Origin: Polyangiales bacterium
GTDB taxonomy: Bacteria > Myxococcota_A > Polyangia > Polyangiales > Polyangiaceae
DNA length: 64,000 nucleotides
Reading direction: 5' to 3'
Assembly: GCA_038231275.1 (NCBI GenBank)
Contig: JBBRLQ010000016.1
Coordinates: forward strand, 1-64,000
Shown: piece by piece, positions 55,142 to 64,000 of the stretch
How the letters are laid out: each line of letters begins with the position of its first letter
Position numbering within the stretch: the first letter of the stretch is position 1
Made by a program: the position numbers and the translations under genes
The notes under the pieces: generated by a model
What the model was told of the DNA's origin: nothing
The model's database searches: none
Seen by the model: only the letters and a program-made list of their open reading frames with translations

Positions 55142-56605
55142 ATGCTCTTCAATTCCCTTCAGTTCTTGCTCTTCTTCCCGCTTGTAACGGCCGGGTATTT
55201 TTTTCTGCCGCATCGGGTGCGCTGGGCATGGCTCCTCGGGGCCAGTTGCCTCTTCTACATGGCCTTCGTGCCGGCCTACATTCTCATCCTCGGATTCACG
55301 ATCGTCATCGACTACGTCGCCGGCATCCTCATCGAGGGGGCCACAGCGCGTTGGCGCAAGACCTACTTGGTCCTCAGCCTGGTCTCCAACATCGGGTTCC
55401 TCGCGTTTTTCAAGTACGCCAATTTCTTCATCGAGAACACGAACGTCGTCGCTGGCTGGACGGGTGGGCACCCACTCCCGATCATGGGCATCGTGCTGCC
55501 CATCGGTCTCTCCTTTCACACGTTCCAGGCGATGGCCTACACCATCGAGGTCTATCGTGGGAACCAGAAGGCGGAGCGTCACTTCGGCATCTACGCGCTG
55601 TACGTCCTCTTCTATCCACAGCTCGTCGCCGGTCCGATCGAGCGGCCGCAGAACATCCTGCATCAACTGAAGGAGCGGCACCAGTTTGATCCGGCCGCCG
55701 CGTCGCGCGGGCTCCAGCTGATGGCGTGGGGATTTTTTCAAAAGGTCGTAGTCGCCGACCGACTGGCAAAGCTGGCCAATCCAATCTTCGATCACGTCCA
55801 GGAGAACCACGGCCTCCTGCTCGCGCTGGCCGCCGTCGCTTTCACGTTCCAAATATACTTCGACTTTGCAGGATATTCTGACATCGCCATCGGCGCTGCG
55901 GAGGTAATGGGCATTCGGCTCATGACGAACTTCCGGCAGCCCTTCTTTTCATCGTCGATTTCCGAGTTCTGGTCACGCTGGCATATTTCTCTATCCACGT
56001 GGTTCCGAGATTACCTCTACATCCCGCTGGGAGGGAATCGGGTCTCCGTACCGCGATGGTATGCGAATCTGGCCATCGTATTCTTGGTCAGCGGCTTCTG
56101 GCACGGCGCCCGCTGGAATTTCATCGTCTGGGGCGGTCTCCATGGGATGTACCTGATCGTGGCGCTGATCCTTGCCCCTCACCTGCCCCGCGCCCTCCGC
56201 GATACATCGAGGTTCTGGGTGCGCGGATGGAACGTCGGGAGCACTTTCTGCCTGGTGTGCCTGGCCTTCGTCTTCTTCCGCGCGGTTCGTTTCGACGACG
56301 CAGTCTTCTTGATCCGGCACATTCCCACCGGGTTTTCCGAGGATCTCGCGCGCCTCGTCGTTCGTCACGACGTCGTGGGGCTGATGCACGGCAAGGGTCT
56401 CCCAGCGCCAAAGGAATGGGCCGTGATGCTCGTCGGTCTCCTCGCGACGCTGGTGGTCCAGCAGCTTCAGCAGAAGGGATCCGTGCGTGCTCGGCTCGCG
56501 CTCGCCCCGCCCTGGATTCGATGGCCCGCTTACTCGGCGCTCGCGTACTCGTGCGTCCTATTCGGAAACTCGGGCGGCGCGCAGTTCATCTATTTTCAAT
56601 TTTGA
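55142..56605 (+). CDS. MBOAT O-acyltransferase (AlgI-like)
   Basis: MLFNS, LPIGLSFHTFQ, PQLVAGPIER, QIYFDFAGYSD, FWSRWHISLSTWFRDYLYIPLGG, GFWHGA, FIYFQF. Confidence 0.95.
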   Translation: MLFNSLQFLLFFPLVTAGYFFLPHRVRWAWLLGASCLFYMAFVPAYILILGFTIVIDYVAGILIEGATARWRKTYLVLSLVSNIGFLAFFKYANFFIENTNVVAGWTGGHPLPIMGIVLPIGLSFHTFQAMAYTIEVYRGNQKAERHFGIYALYVLFYPQLVAGPIERPQNILHQLKERHQFDPAAASRGLQLMAWGFFQKVVVADRLAKLANPIFDHVQENHGLLLALAAVAFTFQIYFDFAGYSDIAIGAAEVMGIRLMTNFRQPFFSSSISEFWSRWHISLSTWFRDYLYIPLGGNRVSVPRWYANLAIVFLVSGFWHGARWNFIVWGGLHGMYLIVALILAPHLPRALRDTSRFWVRGWNVGSTFCLVCLAFVFFRAVRFDDAVFLIRHIPTGFSEDLARLVVRHDVVGLMHGKGLPAPKEWAVMLVGLLATLVVQQLQQKGSVRARLALAPPWIRWPAYSALAYSCVLFGNSGGAQFIYFQF

Positions 56606-56610
56606 GCTCA

Positions 56611-57639
56611 ATGGCATCGCACAGCGGCAGATCGATTTCGGTATTCTTTGCGAAGGCCATTGCGCTCGCATGCCCGTTCATCTTTGTGGTTGCCTCCTAC
56701 GTCGCGTGGGACCCTTTCATGGTCCTGCGGGCGCACAGTTTCGGGAACTACTACGACGTCGCGGCCCCCGTGGAGGTAAACCGCGACTACGTGTCGCTCG
56801 AGATCTTCGAGGCGCAAAACGTTGCGCAACGGTACGACTCGTTCATCTTCGGAAGCTCGAGATCGTTCCCGTTCCACTGCGACGACTGGCAGCCTTACAT
56901 CGGTGGCGGGAAGCCTTTTCACTACCCCGCCGCCTCGGAGAATCTTTACGGGATCCGCGCAAAGCTCCGCTATCTAGACGAGCGCGGCGTGTCGCTGTCG
57001 CACGTGCTCTTCGAGGTCGTCGACGCGGCACTCGCGGGGGTTACGCCGCGCACCGATCATCTCCATCGGTTGCCGCGACGCATCACTGGAGAGAGCTGGC
57101 TCGAATTTCAAGAGACGTTCGTTGCGGCCTACTTCACCGAATTTTTCTTTGCAAAGTACATTCAATACAAGGTGACAGGGCGCGTCCCGACGCACGCGGT
57201 GTCTGCCCTCGGGGTCCACGCAGGAGACTTCCGAATCGACCCGTTCACGAACGACTTCTTCTTCGAGGCTCGGGAGCGAGAGCTTGCCGCGGATCCCGTC
57301 GCGTACTATCGGCGCCGGGCGGACGATTTTCCGGTGCTCGGCGCACCCCCACCGTGCGCGGACCCAGTCCTCAGCGCACAGAGCAGGACCTATCTCCGAG
57401 AGATTCGCGATCTCTTCGCCAAGCACGGGACGCAATACCGCGTCCTCATTTCGTCGGTCTATGGGGGCGCGTGCCTCGATCGCGGGGACTTGTCGGGGCT
57501 TCGGGAGATCTTCGGAGAAAAAAGCGTGCTTGACCTCAGCGGGAGCAACGACCTCTCGAACGAGGCGACGAACTTCTACGACTCGACTCACCTGCGGCCG
57601 GAGGCCGCTCGACGCGTCTTGTCCGCCCTCTACCAGTAG
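56611..57639 (+). CDS. SGNH-like periplasmic partner of the MBOAT (AlgJ/DltD-like)
   Basis: N-terminal TM..DPF, FIFGSSR, C-terminal FYDSTH (DxxH). Confidence 0.75.
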   Translation: MASHSGRSISVFFAKAIALACPFIFVVASYVAWDPFMVLRAHSFGNYYDVAAPVEVNRDYVSLEIFEAQNVAQRYDSFIFGSSRSFPFHCDDWQPYIGGGKPFHYPAASENLYGIRAKLRYLDERGVSLSHVLFEVVDAALAGVTPRTDHLHRLPRRITGESWLEFQETFVAAYFTEFFFAKYIQYKVTGRVPTHAVSALGVHAGDFRIDPFTNDFFFEARERELAADPVAYYRRRADDFPVLGAPPPCADPVLSAQSRTYLREIRDLFAKHGTQYRVLISSVYGGACLDRGDLSGLREIFGEKSVLDLSGSNDLSNEATNFYDSTHLRPEAARRVLSALYQ

Positions 57640-57645
57640 GGAAGC

Positions 57646-58464
57646 TCACCCTCGACGGCCGCGCAGCAGGACGCGCGCCTGCCATGCAAGGCCTGCCGTC
57701 GCCGCGCTCCACCACATGCTCGGCGCATCCGCCCCGATGCGTGTGAGGATGCGCGCCGCGTAGCCGTCCGGCGCGAGAGCCGTCGCGCGCTGAAGCGCAC
57801 GCCGGTACGCGACGCGCGGTGGACGCGTGGCGAGGGTATCGCGTACCTCACGCCAGACGACATCACCGCGGGTCGTCGTAAGCCAGTCCGCGACAACCCA
57901 GGCGATTGTGACGGCATGGGCCGACCTCGCGCGATCGACGAGAACGGCGACGTCGAAGCCCGGTTGACGCGCGATGCGGACGAGATCTTCCAACGCCCAG
58001 GGCGCGGCGAGGACAATCTTGTCTTTGAACACGTTCACACACAGCAAGAGCGCGTGGTCGTGGAGCTCGGGCAGGGCCGGTCCGTCGGAGCTCGTCGCGC
58101 GCCTCAGCATGTCGGCGACGGACAGCGCACACAGGCCGGGCGGCCCAACGGTCCCTTCGACGTCGAACATGATACCCGCGACTTCGAACACGACGTTGGA
58201 GTATGCCGGCGCCCAAGCGAGCTCCTTCCAACCAGAGCGCCGCGCGACGTCACGAACGGACACAATGTCCGCGGGGACGACCCTGATGTCGACGTCGGCG
58301 ATGGGCCGTTCCCAAGGCTCGGCGTAGAGCTGGTACGCGGTGACGACTCCCTTCACCGGCAAGGCGCGCACGCCGGCGTCTGCTAACCCCCTCAGGACCC
58401 GAACCAATGCGGCCCGCGCAGTCGCGTGCAGGAGTGCTTGGGCGCGCGGGTCTTCGGGATCCAT
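57646..58464 (-). CDS. Nucleotidyltransferase family protein (NTP_transf_5-like)
   Basis: LPVKG..YAEPWERPIADVDIRV. Confidence 0.8.
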   Translation of the reverse strand: MDPEDPRAQALLHATARAALVRVLRGLADAGVRALPVKGVVTAYQLYAEPWERPIADVDIRVVPADIVSVRDVARRSGWKELAWAPAYSNVVFEVAGIMFDVEGTVGPPGLCALSVADMLRRATSSDGPALPELHDHALLLCVNVFKDKIVLAAPWALEDLVRIARQPGFDVAVLVDRARSAHAVTIAWVVADWLTTTRGDVVWREVRDTLATRPPRVAYRRALQRATALAPDGYAARILTRIGADAPSMWWSAATAGLAWQARVLLRGRRG

Positions 58465-58616
58465 CGCCCCTGAAAATTGCACAAAATGCTAGCAATATCA
58501 ACCCGATATGCCTGGGGCTGAGGACCGACGCCTATCACACACGAATGCGGCTTGCCTTGAATGCACCCAACTGGCAGAACGCGGTACCGGTAAGCCGGTG
58601 AAATTCAAAGAACATC

Positions 58617-60911
58617 ATGGCGACGCAACGAGAATCCAGGATGACTACTAGCGGCGCGCGGGCGCAGCCCGGCAAATCAAGAGCCCTCGGCACCTCAAAG
58701 AGCAACGTAGAGGAGTCAAGCTCCGGGCCGATGTGGCTCCTGCGCGCTGTGCTCAAGCGCTGGCCCATCGTCGCCGCCTGCGCTCTGCTCGCGACGGGAA
58801 TGAGCCTCCTCTACACGAAGTCGGTTCCCAAGGTCTTCGAATCGGGCGCGATGCTGGAGTTCGACCCGGACGTCGTTAGGCCTATGGCCGATAAAACGGA
58901 CTCTCTGCGCGGATGGGCTGGCTACTTCGACAATCGCGAATACTACGAGACGCAGTACAAAGTCATGACCAGCGAGCGGGTCATGTCGGCGGTCGTTCGC
59001 GACCTGGGACTGCAGAGCGACCCCGATTTCCTCGGCAGCAAGCCGGCGACGCCGCTACCGCTCGACGACACCGCGGCACTACTGCGATCGCGCGTGCGCA
59101 TCGAGCCCGTGAAGAGCAGCCGTCTGGTCTGGATCAAGGTCGAGGACACGAATCCGAAACAGGCACGCCGCCTGGCCGATGCGGTCAGTCGAACGTACAT
59201 CAACCAAAACCTGGAGAAGAGCATCAGCGCCACCGGCGAAGCAGTCGTATGGCTGAGCGGGCAACTCGATCATTTCAAGAACGAGCTCGAGCAGAACGAA
59301 AACTCACTTCACGACTTCAAGAAGCGCAACGACCTCCCTTCGAGCACCCTCGAGGAGGTCTCGAAGATGATCCGACTGGAAATGCAGGCATACGACAGCT
59401 CGCTCACGGCGACGCGCACCCGAAAGCAAGAGCTCTTGGCTCGTGTGGGCGAATTGGCAAAGGTAACGCCAGACAACCCGGATCAGGTGCCTGCATCCGA
59501 GCTCCTGGGAAACGCGTTCTTGAACACGCTCCGTACTGGTTATCAGACGGCGGTTCGCGAGCGCCGCGAGCTGATCGCCGAAGGCAAAGGCGAGAACCAT
59601 CCGCAGGTCCGCAAGGTCGACGAGAAAGTCGCCGAGACGCGGCGAGATCTGCTGGAGGAGATTCGCAACATCCAAGGCGCCATCACGCGAGATCTCGCGG
59701 TCATCGAGCGACAAGAGCAAGGCGAGGCCGCCCTCTACGAGACCGCCCGCAAGAAGGCCGTCGAGTTGAACCTGAAAGAGCTCGAGTACCACCGCCTCGA
59801 TCGGCTCCGCGCCCAAAACGAGAAACTCTACGGGGCACTCCTCGAGCAGATGAAGGAGGCCGACCTCGCCCGGATGATGAACGTTAACAACATCCGCCTT
59901 ATCGACGCTGCGCAGGAGCCCAAAGCGCCGATTCGTCCCAACATGACGACGAACGTCGGAATCGGTTTCATCCTCGGCATCTTTCTCGGCCTTGGCCTCG
60001 TCCTGGTCCGCGAGCAACTGGACAGCTCGATCAAGTCTCCGGAAGACTTCGAGGAGCGGTTGCAGATTACTTTCCTCGGGCTCCTCCCCGAGGTCACCGA
60101 AGAGGACGACAAGGCCAATGGAAAGAAGCGGCGCATCGTGCCGCGACGACCAATCGTGGGTGACTTCCCCCCCGAGCTCATCGTCCACGAGCGACCCCTC
60201 AGCGGCATCGCGGAGGCGGCGCGTACGCTCCGCACGAACCTGATGTTCATGAACCCGGACAAGCCCTACCGGAAGCTCCTCGTCACGAGCGCCGCGCCCG
60301 CGGAAGGCAAGACGACCGTGGCCTGCAGCATCGCCATCTCGCTCGCGCAGGGGGGCCAGAAGGTCTGCATCATCGACTGCGACCTTCGCAGGCCGCGTCT
60401 CCACCGTATCTTCGACCGCGTCGGCGACACTGGGCTCACGAACCTCCTCGTCGGCGACGCGACGCTCGACGAGGTTGCCCAGGCGACCAAAGTCCCCAAC
60501 CTCTGGTGCGTCCCCGCTGGCCCAATCCCGCCGAACCCGGCCGACGTGCTCCACTCCGAGCGCTTCCGTCACTTCTTGGACGAGCTGATGGAGCGCTTCG
60601 ATCGCATCGTCCTCGACAGCCCGCCGCTCGTCGCCGTCACCGACTCGGCGATCATCTCCACCCTCGTCGATGGCACCGTTTTCGTCGTACGCGCCTTCAA
60701 GACGACGCGCGCCCTCAGCCGGCAGGGTCTCCGCGCGCTGGCCGACGTCGACGCGCCGATCGTGGGCGGGGTGCTCAACGCCGTGGACTTCAACCGCCGC
60801 GGGTACGACTACTACCAATACTATTATTACAAGCGCGAAGGGTACCAGTCGACCCGCGCCGAAGAGGATCGCAAGGACCCGCCGTCGCAGGGCGCTGCGC
60901 CGCCCAACTGA
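58617..60911 (+). CDS. wzc: Polysaccharide co-polymerase / tyrosine autokinase
   Basis: Two TMs with a coiled-coil periplasmic domain; EAARTLRTNL, PAEGKTT, IDCDLRRP, LDSPP; tyrosine cluster YDYYQYYYY. Confidence 0.93.
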   Translation: MATQRESRMTTSGARAQPGKSRALGTSKSNVEESSSGPMWLLRAVLKRWPIVAACALLATGMSLLYTKSVPKVFESGAMLEFDPDVVRPMADKTDSLRGWAGYFDNREYYETQYKVMTSERVMSAVVRDLGLQSDPDFLGSKPATPLPLDDTAALLRSRVRIEPVKSSRLVWIKVEDTNPKQARRLADAVSRTYINQNLEKSISATGEAVVWLSGQLDHFKNELEQNENSLHDFKKRNDLPSSTLEEVSKMIRLEMQAYDSSLTATRTRKQELLARVGELAKVTPDNPDQVPASELLGNAFLNTLRTGYQTAVRERRELIAEGKGENHPQVRKVDEKVAETRRDLLEEIRNIQGAITRDLAVIERQEQGEAALYETARKKAVELNLKELEYHRLDRLRAQNEKLYGALLEQMKEADLARMMNVNNIRLIDAAQEPKAPIRPNMTTNVGIGFILGIFLGLGLVLVREQLDSSIKSPEDFEERLQITFLGLLPEVTEEDDKANGKKRRIVPRRPIVGDFPPELIVHERPLSGIAEAARTLRTNLMFMNPDKPYRKLLVTSAAPAEGKTTVACSIAISLAQGGQKVCIIDCDLRRPRLHRIFDRVGDTGLTNLLVGDATLDEVAQATKVPNLWCVPAGPIPPNPADVLHSERFRHFLDELMERFDRIVLDSPPLVAVTDSAIISTLVDGTVFVVRAFKTTRALSRQGLRALADVDAPIVGGVLNAVDFNRRGYDYYQYYYYKREGYQSTRAEEDRKDPPSQGAAPPN

Positions 60912-60951
60912 GCGGGTCTCCTCACGGAGAGGCGCTCATCGGAGGCGAGCA

Positions 60952-63525
60952 TCACGGGGCCGGGTGGGGCGCGGCGCCGGCCGTGATGGCTGCGCGCTCG
61001 ATGGCCGCGAAGCGCGACCAGTTGGCGTCGCTCGGATGGACCTCAGCGAGGTGCATGTACACCTGCAGCGCCTCGACGTGGAGGCCAAGCGCCGCAGCGA
61101 CGCGCGCCCGGGAGGCTTGGACGTCATCCCGCTCGGGATCGGCGTCACCTGCGCGCTTGTATAGCGCGTACGCGCGGCGCTGGTTGCCGCGCGACTCCTC
61201 GAAGCGTGCAAGGAACGCGAAGTGATCGGCGCATGCGCCGTCTTCTGGGCAGCCGGCGTGCGTCATCTTATCCACTTGCTCCGTCGTTCGCGCGTCGTCC
61301 ATGAGCGCCGCGATCATCCCGAGCACTCGCCTCGCGCAGGATCCGCGGTCCGACACGACGGCGAGCGCGGAGTCGAGATCGTCGGCGGCGCGGCGGGCGT
61401 CACCCCTCGCGGCCACGAACTGCGCGCGCGTCCAATGGCTCTGGCAGGACGCGGGCTCTAACGTGACCAGACCGTTCGCGAGGACGAGGCCTCGCTCGAT
61501 GCACGTCCGTGAGCCCTCGCCACACCACGGCGCTGCCTCTCCCTGATGAACGTCCTCGAGGAGCGCCTCGACCGCGCGCCTGCGTGGCCCCAGCGCGCTG
61601 GATTGCCGCTCCAAGAGCGCGGCGTCCAAGCGGGCACGCGTGGCGGGCAACGACTCGGCGAACGCGGCGGAGAGCCCATCGAGGACCCGGATCCCCGACG
61701 CGTCGGAGGGCACGACCTCGAGAGCGTCCTCGAACGACCGAACGAGACGCGGCGCCTCCACGAGCAGATAGCTCGCCATGACGACGTCGTCCTCCGCCGC
61801 CAACCGATACTCGAGCCGCGCCTGCGCCGGCGACCTGCTCACGAGCCACCTCGCCAAGAGCAAATGCGCGCGCCCAAATACCGGCGAGCGCTCCAGCGCC
61901 TTTCCAACCCACGGCACGACGCTCTCCCCCGCGAGCGCGGCATGCACCCCACCGACGAACGGCAAGTAAGGATCCGCCGGATGCCGCAGCATGTTCGCGC
62001 GCGCCTCGTCCTGGAAGCGCGCCGCTGACACGCCAGGTTCGACGGCGAGATCGTGCAGCGCGTATTGGTCCGAGTTCAGATCGTGCCCCGCAGTCCACGC
62101 GGCGAGCGCGATCCCAGCCACAGCGACCGCGGTCGCAAGCAACGCCGTGCGTGCGGGACGGCGCGACCACACCTGAACGCGGCGATCTCCGCCGCCCGCC
62201 GCGCCGCCGACCACCATCGCCGCGCACACGACCAGCGCCAACATGACCCCGGGCACCTCCGAGGTGAAGTCCACCAGGTTGTGAACGAGCAAGCACGCGA
62301 GCGCCACCCACGCGCCGACGGGCAAGCGCGTGCGCGCGGCGAGGCTGATGGGACGCAGCGCGAAGAGGATCGCGACCCCGGCGGCAGCAGCGATCGGGAA
62401 ACCCCACTCCGAGCACCATTGAACGACGACGTTCTCCGCCTGCGTGAAGACGTAGTAGCCGGTGCCCGTGCGCACCGCCGGGAAGACCGACTCGTATGCG
62501 CCCCGGCCGATTCCGAACACTGGGGATTCGCGCACGAGCCGAAACCCCTGCACCCACATCTGTGCCTTCGACACGTCCGTGCTCGAGAGATCCGCCCACG
62601 CGTGATCGAACGACGCGAGCACCGCCGCCGCGACGCCGCACGCGCCGAGCACCGCCGGCACGATGAAGCCCGTCACCCGATGCCGCTCTCCCCGCGACAC
62701 GAGCCACGTCATCGCGGGCACGAGCACGATCGCCATCCCCATCGCCAGCGTCCCGCCGCGCGAGCCCGCCCACAGCTGCGTGCCGATCATCACGAGCACC
62801 ACCGCGCCCGCGAACGCACGCGACGTCATCGCGCGAGGCGAGACCACGATCCCGAGGGCAACGCTCGCGCCGATCACCATGTACCCCGACAAATGATTCG
62901 AATTGAGCAGCGGCCCGATGTGGTTCGGGAGGAAGGCGTATTTGTTCACCGGCTGATACACCCCGAACACCTTCGTCGCCCCAAACGCGGGATGCAGCAG
63001 CGCCGCCATCGCCACCGTCGCGGCCGACAGCACGATCACCCGCTCGAGAAAAATGCTCCCCTCCCGCCGATGCGCGACCCGCAGCGCCGTCAGGAACGCG
63101 AGCAAGTAGGCCACGCCCCGAAGCACCTGCACGCGCGTGGCATACGGATCCAGCGAGATCGTCGCCCACGACGGGCCCGGCTCCTTCAGCGGCAACAGCG
63201 CGCGAGCCCACGTGTCCGCGTTGCTCGGCGCGATCACCGCGAGCACACCAGCAGGCAGCGGAACGATCTGAAGCAGCGTCCACCCCGTGAGACCGATGCC
63301 GGTGAACAGCAGAATGGTCGCGGCAGGGCGCGCGCGGAAGGGCTCGGCGCCGTACCAGCCGAGAAACGTCGCGACGGCGAGGGCGGCGACGACGACGCAG
63401 AGGGTGGTCGTGTGGAGCGAGCCGACCGCGAGCGCGCTGCCGACGACGATGAACGCCAGGAGCCAGCGCGAGGCGACCTGTCGCGCTTCGTCGCGCCGCT
63501 CGGGGGCCGGGGGATCGTCGTTCAT
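60952..63525 (-). CDS. O-antigen ligase family protein with C-terminal TPR-like region
   Basis: TISLDP, GPLLNSNH, SRGG, PVFGIGRGAY, AEN..QW..EWG, HNLVDF. Confidence 0.85.
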   Translation of the reverse strand: MNDDPPAPERRDEARQVASRWLLAFIVVGSALAVGSLHTTTLCVVVAALAVATFLGWYGAEPFRARPAATILLFTGIGLTGWTLLQIVPLPAGVLAVIAPSNADTWARALLPLKEPGPSWATISLDPYATRVQVLRGVAYLLAFLTALRVAHRREGSIFLERVIVLSAATVAMAALLHPAFGATKVFGVYQPVNKYAFLPNHIGPLLNSNHLSGYMVIGASVALGIVVSPRAMTSRAFAGAVVLVMIGTQLWAGSRGGTLAMGMAIVLVPAMTWLVSRGERHRVTGFIVPAVLGACGVAAAVLASFDHAWADLSSTDVSKAQMWVQGFRLVRESPVFGIGRGAYESVFPAVRTGTGYYVFTQAENVVVQWCSEWGFPIAAAAGVAILFALRPISLAARTRLPVGAWVALACLLVHNLVDFTSEVPGVMLALVVCAAMVVGGAAGGGDRRVQVWSRRPARTALLATAVAVAGIALAAWTAGHDLNSDQYALHDLAVEPGVSAARFQDEARANMLRHPADPYLPFVGGVHAALAGESVVPWVGKALERSPVFGRAHLLLARWLVSRSPAQARLEYRLAAEDDVVMASYLLVEAPRLVRSFEDALEVVPSDASGIRVLDGLSAAFAESLPATRARLDAALLERQSSALGPRRRAVEALLEDVHQGEAAPWCGEGSRTCIERGLVLANGLVTLEPASCQSHWTRAQFVAARGDARRAADDLDSALAVVSDRGSCARRVLGMIAALMDDARTTEQVDKMTHAGCPEDGACADHFAFLARFEESRGNQRRAYALYKRAGDADPERDDVQASRARVAAALGLHVEALQVYMHLAEVHPSDANWSRFAAIERAAITAGAAPHPAP

Positions 63526-63619
63526 TCGGACCTCGGAGCGGAGATCGTTTGCTCGGAACGGAGATAACGCGCGCGGCGTTAGTTGCCCGAGAGGCTACCG
63601 AGGTTCGACGGTCCGCGAA

Positions 63620-64000
63620 TCAGAATCCGACGACCAGGGCGATGTAGCCGCCGAAGACCGGGGTGATCGACATCGAGAAGCCGGGGGGTGGATCGTTCAG
63701 GAAGTAGTAGCCGGCGCCGCCATCGCCCGTGACCTCGAGGCCTAGGGAGTCGCCGAACACGTGGCGGTAGCCGAGGCGCGCGCGGGGGAGGATGTTGTTC
63801 AAAACGGCACCCGTGTCGCTGCCGCGGTAGCGCTCGTAGCCGATGCCGAAGCCGACGATGAGCGCGTCGCTCGTCCAGCGCGTGAGGGCGAAGCGCGCTT
63901 CGTAGCCAAAGAAGAGCCCGAGGCCCGACACGTTCGCGTCGTTGAAGCCGACGTAGCCGATCTCCGTGACGATGGTGCTGACCTTGCCGAGTGAGGCGCG
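63620..64000 (-). CDS. Probable outer-membrane beta-barrel protein (5' part outside the window)
   Basis: Frame open to 64000; alternating beta-strand pattern ending GGYIALVVGF. Confidence 0.6.
   Translation of the reverse strand, partial: RASLGKVSTIVTEIGYVGFNDANVSGLGLFFGYEARFALTRWTSDALIVGFGIGYERYRGSDTGAVLNNILPRARLGYRHVFGDSLGLEVTGDGGAGYYFLNDPPPGFSMSITPVFGGYIALVVGF

Noticed and set aside
63620..64000. Outer-membrane export barrel for the polysaccharide
   Set aside because: Only the C-terminal 126 aa are visible, which is not enough to link it to the locus.

Overview
High-GC window whose gene families (MYXO-CTERM protein, vWA/RCC1/kelch lipoproteins, TPR-PEGA protein, Ser/Thr kinase, ECF cassette) point to a Myxococcota genome, probably Polyangiaceae-like (inference). 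Positions 1-9.4 kb hold secreted and membrane proteins, including a papain-like lipoprotein, and a Ser/Thr kinase. Positions 9.7-63.5 kb are a very large Wzx/Wzy-type surface glycan locus. Its assembly genes are WecA, three GT4 enzymes, Wzx, a Wzy candidate, Wzc and an O-antigen-ligase/TPR protein. It also encodes a pseudaminic-acid-type nonulosonate pathway (PseB/C/G/H, NeuB/PseI-family synthase, SpsF fused to an aldo-keto reductase, SDR). The tailoring set is unusually dense: two AsnB amidotransferases flanking a predicted periplasmic transglutaminase-like protein, five SAM methyltransferases, two Fe/2OG dioxygenases, a cupin-like protein, OafA and MBOAT acylation systems, a FemAB-like protein, a deacetylase, a DUF4910 aminopeptidase-like protein and a nucleotidyltransferase. 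The locus is interrupted by a MYXO-CTERM protein, an OM-protein/ECF/anti-sigma/RCC1 cassette and a kelch protein. No rRNA, tRNA, CRISPR array or transposase was seen. All calls come from reading motifs by eye with no database search, and start codons are best estimates.
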